This document shows, one piece after another, positions 17,158 through 24,449 of a DNA stretch of 34,910 nucleotides. The position numbers were made by a program, and so were the translations under genes. The stretch comes from a virus (lineage: Duplodnaviria; Caudoviricetes), in IMG/VR virus record IMGVR_UViG_3300029821_000149, positions 1 to 34,910 of that record; one strand, given 5' to 3'. The stretch's first letter is position 1, and each line of letters starts with the position of its first letter. The notes below the pieces were generated by a model. That model searched no databases, was not told where the DNA came from, and saw only the letters and a program-made list of their open reading frames with translations.

Positions 17158-18389
17158 CACGTGCCCCCGCTTACAGAGATTAGGAACTGGTTGCCGAGGC
17201 CCTTGTTGTGCGTGTGCCAGGCGTAGCGGATGCCGTCCATGGAGTGGTCCATGAACTTCACCGGCTGGTCGAATACTTTGCCGTTGCGGTCCTTCATCCA
17301 CTTGTAGACCTTGGCCTCTTTGATGATGTTGGTGGAGTCCTTGGTCACGGACATGCCGGAGCTCTTAACGGACAGGATGCCGGGCACAACTTCCTTGTCG
17401 GCCGGCAGCACGTTGAAGCCCGCGTTGGCGATCTCGGAAATGCGGGCCGGCTCGGCCGCGTCCGCGTATATGGGGTCGCCGCGCTGCTCGTTCGGGATGA
17501 TGCGCTTCAACTCCTCGATGAGCATGGTGTTGGTCAGCCCGGCCTGGTACAGCTCCTCGCGCGCAAAAGGTTTGCCATCCTTGACCACGATCTTAACTAG
17601 CGAGCTAGGGTTATTAAAACCAAAGTCGAGTCCGCGGATGGCAAAGTCGTAGGAGTCGGGCAGCTTGTCGACCAGGTTGAAGCTGTAGATCAGGTCGGTA
17701 AGCATGCCCCACTGACCCTCGGCGAAGATCTGGAAATAGACGGGGTCTATCTCCTTGAGCGCCAGCAGGGTCTTGATGTAGTCTTCGGAGAGGAACGGGT
17801 TGTCGCGGTAGGTGCTGTGGATGAACTTCACGTCCGGCATCTGGCGCAGCTTGTCGTGTATCCAGGAGTTGGAGTCGCAGGGGTTGAAGCTCAGGTAGAT
17901 CTGGTTGCGGTAAATCTTGGACGCGGCCGACAGGCGGGTCTTGATGGTGACGAAGTCGTCCCAGGTGAACTCGTCGGCCTCTTCCAGCCAGACGTCGTTG
18001 AACTCGGAGGACTTGATCTTGCTGGTCTCGTCCAGGGACAGGAAGTCTATGGTGCCGCCGTTGAACTCGTAAGAGCTGTCGGCGCGGTGGTAGTCCTTCT
18101 CGTTGTAGTAGCCGTAGTCCTTGAGCAGGTCTATGACCAGCCGGCGGGCCGTGCGGCGCAGGGCCGGGCCGGTCTTGCGCATAACGGCCACCTTGCGCTT
18201 GGAAGCGTTGCTCGCCCGGCCGATAAGCAGCTGGGCGATGGAGTGGGACTTGGTAGAGCGGGCGCCGCCGATGTTGGCGAGAACCTGCTCGGTGGATTCA
18301 GCGTTGCGCCAGAAGACCTCGGTCGCGACTATTTCACGCTTAGCTTCCGGGCTGGGCGTCGCCTGGCTTGGCGTGTTTAGCAGGGTCAT
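17157..18389 (-). CDS. terL: Terminase large subunit, PBSX/SPP1-like
   Basis: GGARSTKS Walker A, WLEEADE Walker B, SFNP, STYRDNPFL, GLDFGF, DHSMDGIRYA; start uncertain (18389 or 18425). Confidence 0.92.
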   Translation of the reverse strand: MTLLNTPSQATPSPEAKREIVATEVFWRNAESTEQVLANIGGARSTKSHSIAQLLIGRASNASKRKVAVMRKTGPALRRTARRLVIDLLKDYGYYNEKDYHRADSSYEFNGGTIDFLSLDETSKIKSSEFNDVWLEEADEFTWDDFVTIKTRLSAASKIYRNQIYLSFNPCDSNSWIHDKLRQMPDVKFIHSTYRDNPFLSEDYIKTLLALKEIDPVYFQIFAEGQWGMLTDLIYSFNLVDKLPDSYDFAIRGLDFGFNNPSSLVKIVVKDGKPFAREELYQAGLTNTMLIEELKRIIPNEQRGDPIYADAAEPARISEIANAGFNVLPADKEVVPGILSVKSSGMSVTKDSTNIIKEAKVYKWMKDRNGKVFDQPVKFMDHSMDGIRYAWHTHNKGLGNQFLISVSGGT

Positions 18390-18768
18390 AATGCACAAAA
18401 GAGATAGGAACAGGTGCATGAACATTGGCCTCCACGTGCTGGGTATTTTTCCACTCGTCGGGCGCGCGGTTGAAGAGATACACGCACAGGGCGCCCATGT
18501 GGCCCCGCTTGGCTTTCATGTAGAGGACGTCTACGAGTATCTCTATGCGGCTTTTCTTGGCTTCATCGACCTTTGCTTTGAAGTCAGGATCTTCTTTGTA
18601 CCAGGAGTAGAAAGTGTCGTGATGGATCTTGGCGCCCTTGCAGGCGAGGCGCACGCCGGCGCCGTTGCGCAGGCTCTGGATGATGAAGGGTTTGGCGTCG
18701 CGCTTATTGTTCGCGAGCCCTTTGGAGTTTTGCTTGGTGGACTGCTTTTTCTTCTCGTTGTCTTTCAT
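18340..18768 (-). CDS. terS: Terminase small subunit (HTH)
   Basis: 142 aa from ATG 18768; ACKGAKIHHDTFYSWYKEDPDF HTH and YLFNRAPDEW; directly upstream of TerL. Confidence 0.75.
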   Translation of the reverse strand: MKDNEKKKQSTKQNSKGLANNKRDAKPFIIQSLRNGAGVRLACKGAKIHHDTFYSWYKEDPDFKAKVDEAKKSRIEILVDVLYMKAKRGHMGALCVYLFNRAPDEWKNTQHVEANVHAPVPISFVHYDPAKHAKPGDAQPGS

Positions 18769-18790
18769 CCCCAGCCTTTTGACCAGGGCG

Positions 18791-18827
18791 AAAATAAATA
18801 GCCCGGGCCATCCTTGACCCGGGTTAT
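18791..18827 (-). terminator. Terminator-like hairpin at entry of late operon
   Basis: Minus RNA CCCGGGUCA-AGGA-UGGCCCGGG followed by CUAUUUAUUUU. Confidence 0.65.
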
Positions 18828-18836
18828 GATGGTTCA

Positions 18837-18866
18837 AGTATAGCCCATGGGTTTGACTTTTGTCAC
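18837..18866 (-). promoter_or_regulatory. Putative late promoter
   Basis: GTGACA-18 bp-TATACT in an AT-rich intergenic region; dyad TGAC-N4-GTCA overlaps the -35. Confidence 0.55.
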
Positions 18867-18884
18867 GACCTATTTTTGGCAAAT

Positions 18885-19025
18885 TCATTTTGCCCGTCGG
18901 CGCGCATGGTATACTCGCCACTTGTTTTTTAATCCCAGCCGGGCGGCCACCTCCTTTGGCTTCAGGCCGGTAGCGAGCAGCGCGAGGATCTGCGCGTCCA
19001 GGGACACGGTGCGCGGGCGGGTCAT
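18885..19025 (-). CDS. Small HTH protein (46 aa), candidate late regulator
   Basis: QILALLATGLKPKEVAARLGL is GerE/LuxR-like; last early gene; ATGA-coupled. Confidence 0.65.
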   Translation of the reverse strand: MTRPRTVSLDAQILALLATGLKPKEVAARLGLKNKWRVYHARRRAK

Positions 19026-19216
19026 TCTTCCTCCAGCGCATGGAACAGCGCATCGAAGCCGGCGAGCATGGCCGCGGTCTTGGGCTTCTCGGCCAGGTTG
19101 GGGTGCAGCTTGCCGGTCCTGGACGGCTGCACCGGGGCGCGGAAGGCGTGCTTCCACCATATCATCCCGTTGTTGAAGAACATGCGCTCGGGGTCGAAGG
19201 GGAATGGAGCGGTCAT
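19022..19216 (-). CDS. Hypothetical protein
   Basis: 64 aa, coupled on both sides. Confidence 0.55.
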   Translation of the reverse strand: MTAPFPFDPERMFFNNGMIWWKHAFRAPVQPSRTGKLHPNLAEKPKTAAMLAGFDALFHALEEE

Positions 19217-19554
19217 TATTTGCCGGCCTCCTGGATGCGCGTCTCCGTAATGACCGGCTCGAACACCAGGCGCCGCATGTCCTCGAGGTGCGCCTTCGTC
19301 GCCTCGAGCACGCCTTCCACGCGGCTCTGCTCCTTGGGTTTCACGCCGCGCTCCAACAGGGCGTTGAGGATTGCCTCAAGACCAGCGTGCGTGGGGATCA
19401 CCATCGTGAAATCATCTATCATCACGCCCGGCTCATACGTCTTTATCGTCTTGCCGTCAGACTGCAGCACAGAGATGCGGCCGTCCTGCTCATAGAACAA
19501 CACCAGTTTCGCACCACCTAAAAACGCTTCGTCGATTATTCTTGCTTTCCACAT
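19216..19554 (-). CDS. Hypothetical phage protein
   Basis: 112 aa, AGGAGG RBS; ends in GVLEATKAHLEDMRRLVF. Confidence 0.7.
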   Translation of the reverse strand: MWKARIIDEAFLGGAKLVLFYEQDGRISVLQSDGKTIKTYEPGVMIDDFTMVIPTHAGLEAILNALLERGVKPKEQSRVEGVLEATKAHLEDMRRLVFEPVITETRIQEAGK

Positions 19555-19556
19555 GG

Positions 19557-19697
19557 CTATTTCCTCCTGCTGATTTCCTGGTCTATCCAGGCGACCACGA
19601 AGGCCGCCGTTATCTGTGTGTAAGGCCCGACCTCGCGCCGGACGCGCCGGCGAAGACGGCGGAGCACTTTGATCACCGCTTTGTTGCAGGGCTTCAT
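19557..19697 (-). CDS. Small basic hypothetical protein (46 aa)
   Basis: MKPCNKAVIKVLRRLRRR...; ATGA overlap with the upstream gene. Confidence 0.5.
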   Translation of the reverse strand: MKPCNKAVIKVLRRLRRRVRREVGPYTQITAAFVVAWIDQEISRRK

Positions 19698-19972
19698 AAC
19701 GGCAGCCCCGGGACGTTGCGGCCGATCACCGGCTTCTTGCGCGGCACCGGCACGATGGTGTACGACGCGCAGCGCACCGGCATGTCGGCGAAAGCGAGAT
19801 TGTCCTGGCCGTGCGCGCCCGCGCCCACGATGTTCATGCAGTTCGCCGTGAGGTTGCGGCAGGCGTCCAGCGCGGTCCGCGCCGCGCAGCGGGTGCGCCG
19901 GCACCTGGCGCAGTTCTGCTCCTGCCAGTACATAGCCTGCGTGCCGTTGGTGAACGGGATGTAAGTCGTCAT
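19694..19972 (-). CDS. Cys-rich hypothetical protein
   Basis: 92 aa; PFTNGTQAMYWQEQNCARC. Confidence 0.65.
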   Translation of the reverse strand: MTTYIPFTNGTQAMYWQEQNCARCRRTRCAARTALDACRNLTANCMNIVGAGAHGQDNLAFADMPVRCASYTIVPVPRKKPVIGRNVPGLPL

Positions 19973-20169
19973 AGCTTCCTCCTGCAGCTCCGGGGCTGCT
20001 CGATGCGCAGCTCGAAGCTCAGCCGCGGCGGCTTGGCTGGGTTACGCTCGTCAAAATGCCCGAGGCGGCAGCGGCGCGTACCGACGCCGTCCCCGGGCAC
20101 GAAGCAACTGCACCACAGGCCGCAATACGGCGGCGGGTTGAACTTGTCGTTGACGCGGGGGCGGCTCAT
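19969..20169 (-). CDS. Cys-rich hypothetical protein
   Basis: 66 aa, coupled; CGLWCSC. Confidence 0.5.
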   Translation of the reverse strand: MSRPRVNDKFNPPPYCGLWCSCFVPGDGVGTRRCRLGHFDERNPAKPPRLSFELRIEQPRSCRRKL

Positions 20170-20372
20170 GGCTTCACCTCTTTGCCGAACGCCAGGCAGG
20201 CCGCGCAGCGCAAGGGGCCGCCACCAAGGCAGCGCTGCAGCTTCTTGTCGAACAGGACGCAGTGCGCCGGCCGCTCCGTGTAGTAGGAGCAGCTCTCGCT
20301 GCAGTACTTGTCCTCGGTCTTGATGGTGATGAAGACGCCGGAGCCGTAGATGCTGATGCGCTCGGAGGTCAT
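20166..20372 (-). CDS. Cys-rich hypothetical protein (68 aa)
   Basis: Start 20372 (ATGA overlap); YCSESCSY...HCVLF...RCAAC. Confidence 0.6.
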   Translation of the reverse strand: MTSERISIYGSGVFITIKTEDKYCSESCSYYTERPAHCVLFDKKLQRCLGGGPLRCAACLAFGKEVKP

Positions 20373-20851
20373 GCCCGCCTCCCCGGCGCCGGCTGCGCGA
20401 TCGGGCAGATGTCGTCCGGCCGCCCCAGGCACTCCCCGCGCAGGGCCATCTGGCACGGCGTGCAGAAGGTCCGCGAGAGCCACTCCCGGCACGTGACCTT
20501 CCTGGGCCGCAGCTTCGCCCAGATCCAGCGCGCCGGCCAGGCCAGCCACAGCAGCAGGTAGAGCGCCGCGTACCAGACCAGGAGCACGGTGTTGGTCAGG
20601 AAGCGCCAGGTGGCGCGGCCCACCTGCTTGGCGCGGGAGATCAGCAGCGCGCGCTTGAGCTGCGCGGCGATGTCGGCGTAGAGCGTGGGCAGGCAGACCT
20701 CATGCACCAGGGCGTCGAGGTTGCGCACCTTCACCTTGCGCATCGGCGAGGTGAACCAGGCGTCCTTGCTGATGCGCCAGGTCGCGGGCTTGTTGCAGAC
20801 GGGGCACAGGGCCAGGCCGTCCGGGCAGGTTTCGTTCTGTATCTTGTTCAT
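20369..20851 (-). CDS. Hypothetical membrane protein with Cys motifs
   Basis: 160 aa; CPVC, one TM segment, Cys-rich C-terminus; AAGGAG RBS. Confidence 0.6.
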   Translation of the reverse strand: MNKIQNETCPDGLALCPVCNKPATWRISKDAWFTSPMRKVKVRNLDALVHEVCLPTLYADIAAQLKRALLISRAKQVGRATWRFLTNTVLLVWYAALYLLLWLAWPARWIWAKLRPRKVTCREWLSRTFCTPCQMALRGECLGRPDDICPIAQPAPGRRA

Positions 20852-21486
20852 GGGGTCTCCTTGAGGGTTTCGTTATCGGTCAGCGCCTGGGCTATAGCCG
20901 CGGCGCGGTCGAGCTTGTAGGTGCCTTTGCCGGCCGGGATGATGGCGAAGCCGGCCGCGGCGAGCACGTGGATGTCGCGCTCCACGCTGCGCATGCTCAC
21001 GCCGTTCTGCTTGGCCAGGTCCGGCACGTGAACGGGCGCGCCGAGCATTATGCGCACGATGTTGAGCAGGCGCTGGAGGCGCAGCTCCTTGCGCGGGCTG
21101 GCTGCTTTCGGCGGGAAGTAGACGGTCTTGCCCTGGGGTGGCTTCTTCGGCTCGGCCGGCGGCATGGGCAGGGCCGGCAGCTCCGGCTTGACCGGCACCA
21201 CGTCCTTGAGGTAGCGGAAGATGGTCGCCGCGCACTTGTCGCAGGACGCCGCTATGGAGGCCAGCGACTCCCCGGCCCGGCGCCGCTCTATCAGGGGCGC
21301 GAGCTGCTCGGGGGTGAAGGCCGGCTTCCGGCCGCGCTTACCAGGGATCCGCGGCGGCTTCGGCTCCCGCGGGATCCTGGCCAGGGTCACCTCGCGGCCG
21401 CACTGGCTGCAGACGCACAGCCGGCCGGCGATATACGTATGGTCGGTCCTCTCGTCTTCGGTCGGGCAGTACAGGGAGATCTTCAT
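20848..21486 (-). CDS. Zn-ribbon plus double-HTH transcription regulator
   Basis: N-terminal CPTE...CSQC; central HTH GESLASIA...ATIFRYL; C-terminal winged HTH LAKQNGVSMRSVERDIHVL. Confidence 0.7.
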   Translation of the reverse strand: MKISLYCPTEDERTDHTYIAGRLCVCSQCGREVTLARIPREPKPPRIPGKRGRKPAFTPEQLAPLIERRRAGESLASIAASCDKCAATIFRYLKDVVPVKPELPALPMPPAEPKKPPQGKTVYFPPKAASPRKELRLQRLLNIVRIMLGAPVHVPDLAKQNGVSMRSVERDIHVLAAAGFAIIPAGKGTYKLDRAAAIAQALTDNETLKETP

Positions 21487-21962
21487 AACGCGGGCACCTC
21501 CTCTTCTTCGGCCTGCTCGAACAGGGTGGGGCGGGCAGCCTGCTCATCGGCCGGCGTACCGAAGCGCGGCCGGAAGAACTCGGCCAGGCTGGGGGGGATG
21601 GGCTCCGCGTCCAGCTCGCCGCTGTACAGCTCGTGCAGCTTGAAGGCGGGCACGCCGCGGCAGGCCTTGATCAGCTTGTAAACGTTGGCCGGCTCGATGT
21701 CCAGGGTGGACGCTATGCGCCAGAGCTTCACCACCGGCGTCTTCACGCAGGCGGGGTTGCCGCACCTGATCACCCGGCCGATAGGGGTGTACGGCCCTTC
21801 CTCGGTGCGCAGGTAGATGACCTCCCCGATCATAACCGTGCCCAGCTCCTGCTCACCGTAAGGCGCCGGCGCCGCGATGCACGTGTCGCAGCGCAGGTAC
21901 CGGGTGTCTATCGGCTTGGCCGCGGCGTTGCTGTTGTTGTTGCTATATGCGCTCTTGCTCAT
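21483..21962 (-). CDS. Hypothetical protein
   Basis: 159 aa after the replication initiator; CDTC and CGNPAC. Confidence 0.6.
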   Translation of the reverse strand: MSKSAYSNNNSNAAAKPIDTRYLRCDTCIAAPAPYGEQELGTVMIGEVIYLRTEEGPYTPIGRVIRCGNPACVKTPVVKLWRIASTLDIEPANVYKLIKACRGVPAFKLHELYSGELDAEPIPPSLAEFFRPRFGTPADEQAARPTLFEQAEEEEVPAL

Positions 21963-22875
21963 ACTCTCTCCTTTCGCTGTCCCATGCCGTGAAGTCTTTC
22001 TTCAGCCAGCGCAGGTCCCAGCTGTCCTTGCCCTGCTTGGCGTACCAGTCCGCGTGGTCCTTGATAGCCCGGAGGGCCAAGGTTACGTCGCCGCCTGCTA
22101 AGGCCAGTAGGTCCCGGGCAGGGTACGAAACGTCAACGCTGGCCACGTAGACCGCCTTGGCTGCCGCGTTAGCGAAGCGGAGCTTCTTGGCCGCGCAGTA
22201 GGCATCGATTACGGCCAGCACGTCCTGGTCTTTTATAATGGCGTCGGAACTGTCCACGGCCCCCGCTTTCCCTGCAGCCGCGCCGTCAGGCGCGGAACAC
22301 GGCGAAGCCGGCCCGGCGGGGGGGGCATCAGGTTTATCCTTATCCGAAACGATACTGTTATCATTATCGTTATGGAAGACCCTCCCCCCTCTTCTCTCCT
22401 CTACTTTACTTTGTCCATTTCCGGCGGTAGAAATGGGGTTATTGCCGCTTTTAATTCCCGAAAACGGGGGTTTTGGGGGATTATTGTCGTCATATTGACG
22501 ACATAAATCCGGGCGGGCAGGTGTGGGGCTGGCCCTGCGCCGCCAGACCTCGGAGAGGTTGTCGACCAGGTCCTGAGACCAGACCACGCGGGACCGGGCC
22601 CAGAGCTCGCTGTCGATGTTGTTGAGCTTGGCCATGACGTCCAGCATGGCGATGGCGTCCTGCTCGTTGACCCGGGTCTTGGCCAGGAAGACCTCGCGGG
22701 TGATGTCGTTCTTGAAGTCCAGGTACATGTCGTCCGACTCGCAGAGGGTCTCGTAGAGCTTCCACATGAAGGCATAGCCGGGGATCCCCCATCGTGTCTC
22801 CAGGATGAAGAGCGTCTTGCCGGGCTTGACCACGTGCGGGAAGTAGTCCACGGTGCGCTTGATGGTGCGGGCCAT
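21943..22875 (-). CDS. Replication initiator / replisome organiser (DUF4373-like N-terminus)
   Basis: MAR...VDYFPH...GIPGYAFMWKLYETL N-terminus; central low-complexity linker with QSKVEERR. Confidence 0.75.
   Translation of the reverse strand: MARTIKRTVDYFPHVVKPGKTLFILETRWGIPGYAFMWKLYETLCESDDMYLDFKNDITREVFLAKTRVNEQDAIAMLDVMAKLNNIDSELWARSRVVWSQDLVDNLSEVWRRRASPTPARPDLCRQYDDNNPPKPPFSGIKSGNNPISTAGNGQSKVEERRGGRVFHNDNDNSIVSDKDKPDAPPAGPASPCSAPDGAAAGKAGAVDSSDAIIKDQDVLAVIDAYCAAKKLRFANAAAKAVYVASVDVSYPARDLLALAGGDVTLALRAIKDHADWYAKQGKDSWDLRWLKKDFTAWDSERREYEQERI
22330..22510. other. Candidate origin of replication inside initiator gene
   Basis: AT-richer segment with TTATC repeats, a pyrimidine tract, TTATTGYCG repeats and the palindrome TGTCGTCA-TAT-TGACGACA (22485-22503). 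Confidence 0.5.
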
Positions 22876-23177
22876 TACCGCACCGCCTTGAGCGTTTTAA
22901 CGGCCCCTACGGCGCGGTAGTTGGCGGCCTCCCAGCCATCCAGCGCCGCGGTGAACTCGGCCGGGGTGGCCAGGCTGCCGCGGCACGCCACCCAGGCGCT
23001 GTCCAGCTTGGCGCGGGCGGCCTCCAGGGCTTCGTTTAAGGCCCTGTAGTCCTTGGTGAGGTCCTTGGGGCTCAAGCTGCGTCCCCAGGCCTTCCTGATG
23101 CGGCTGAAGGTGGCGTTGAAGGCCTCCTGGCGCGCGAGCTCAGCTGCTTCGGGTGTTGTCGTTGTGTTCATGTTCAT
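22875..23177 (-). CDS. Hypothetical protein (paralogue of 25970..26320)
   Basis: About 100 aa; W-x2-CR-x3-AT-x-AEF-x3-L-x2-W motif. Confidence 0.7.
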   Translation of the reverse strand: MNMNTTTTPEAAELARQEAFNATFSRIRKAWGRSLSPKDLTKDYRALNEALEAARAKLDSAWVACRGSLATPAEFTAALDGWEAANYRAVGAVKTLKAVR

Positions 23178-23305
23178 CTCCCTGTGAAGTAGGCCAGCGC
23201 CCCGAAAGCCAGGGCGGCGGCGGTAAAGATAGCGGTCCAGCCGTAGCGGGTAAAGAACGCGGCGCCGGGCCTGCGGTCGGTGGTGATGCGGTCGGGGTGG
23301 TTCAT
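23174..23305 (-). CDS. Small single-TM protein (43 aa, not in ORF track)
   Basis: MNHPDRITTDRRPGAAFFTRYGWTAIFTAAALAFGALAYFTGR; GGAGG RBS; ATGA overlaps at both ends. Confidence 0.6.
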   Translation of the reverse strand: MNHPDRITTDRRPGAAFFTRYGWTAIFTAAALAFGALAYFTGR

Positions 23306-24093
23306 ATAGCCTCCGTGGATTTAATCCACATAACTTCTGTCCTTGGCTTCGCGCAACAAGCGAACGAAGGGCGCTCCACCCGCGTCCACCCGCGTCCACC
23401 CGCGTACAACTCCTCGTAGAGAGGGCTTGGATACCCCGAAATAATTACTGTGCCTTTTAATGTCTTAAGCACATTTGATAGTGCCACGTGATCAAGGTCT
23501 GATAGTTCGTGGATATACCCATGCCGTTCTTGCCTGGTCTCCGCCAGATATGGTGGGTCCACGTAATGCAGCGCGTCCGGGGCGTCATACTTCTCCAGCA
23601 CGCCAATCGCCTCCATGCTTTCAATCACAACTCCCTGCAGGCGCTCAATAATGCGCTGTAACGCCTCGGGGTAGCTGGCCCAGTCATGCGACGGCGTGCT
23701 GCCGGCGCGATTCACGCTGCCCCGGAACCCGCTGGCCCGATATAAGCTGTCGGAGCCGTGCCCCATATTCGCTTTAACGATGGTCCGGCGGGCTTGCTCC
23801 ACGGCGTCCACCGTGTGGTCGTACGCCTCCAGCATCTCCTGCCGAGAGAACGGCGTCAGCTGGATCTTCCGCAACAGTTCCGGCCCCTGGTCCCGCACTA
23901 CCTTTAACAAGTTCACCAGCTCGCCGTTAAGATCGTTGTATATCTCGGCGTAAGCCCGTTCCTTCCGCAACAAGCAGCTGGCCGCGCCCCCGTAAACTTC
24001 GGTGTAAACCCGGTGTTTAGGGAAATGAGAAATAACCCATCCAGATATGCGGGATTTGCCTCCGTAGTACCTGATAAGTGGACGGTACTTCAT
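23302..24093 (-). CDS. DNA adenine methyltransferase (D12/Dam-like), orphan
   Basis: RYYGGKS, EVYGGAAS, YNDLN, YVDPPY. Confidence 0.92.
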   Translation of the reverse strand: MKYRPLIRYYGGKSRISGWVISHFPKHRVYTEVYGGAASCLLRKERAYAEIYNDLNGELVNLLKVVRDQGPELLRKIQLTPFSRQEMLEAYDHTVDAVEQARRTIVKANMGHGSDSLYRASGFRGSVNRAGSTPSHDWASYPEALQRIIERLQGVVIESMEAIGVLEKYDAPDALHYVDPPYLAETRQERHGYIHELSDLDHVALSNVLKTLKGTVIISGYPSPLYEELYAGGRGWTRVERPSFACCAKPRTEVMWIKSTEAI

Positions 24094-24449
24094 GCTCCCT
24101 CCTGGAACTGCCGGTGCACCAGCACCGCGCAGGTGTTGCCCTTGGCGTTAGCCCGGCGCAGGCCGGTCTCCACCAGGATGCAGCCGAACTCGGCGGTCTT
24201 AAGCTGCGAGACGCGCGGCCGGACGGAGAAGGCGTCCACGTTGTGGCCGAGCATCTGCAGGCGGGCGGCCATCTCGTCGGCGATGAAGCCGTTGGGGTAG
24301 AGCAGGGCTTCCTGCGCCACCAGGCGCCGCAGCGCGGTCTCGTCCACCCTCTCTAACGCCGCGGCGCTGCACTCGGCCGCCACCGCCCCGGAAGCCTGTG
24401 CCTCCGGGGTCGGGGTGCCGTTGTCGTTGAACATGGCGGGCTGCATCAT
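24090..24449 (-). CDS. Winged-helix DNA-binding protein (119 aa)
   Basis: Start 24449 (ATGA overlap); ADEMAARL...SVRPRVSQL...TGLRRANAKG. Confidence 0.65.
   Translation of the reverse strand: MMQPAMFNDNGTPTPEAQASGAVAAECSAAALERVDETALRRLVAQEALLYPNGFIADEMAARLQMLGHNVDAFSVRPRVSQLKTAEFGCILVETGLRRANAKGNTCAVLVHRQFQEGA

Noticed and set aside
5958-17226. Long plus-strand ORFs (e.g. 7295..8764, 12725..15001, 15130..17226)
   Set aside because: Antisense shadows of GC3-rich genes with no recognisable motifs; the same applies to plus-strand ORFs across the early operon.
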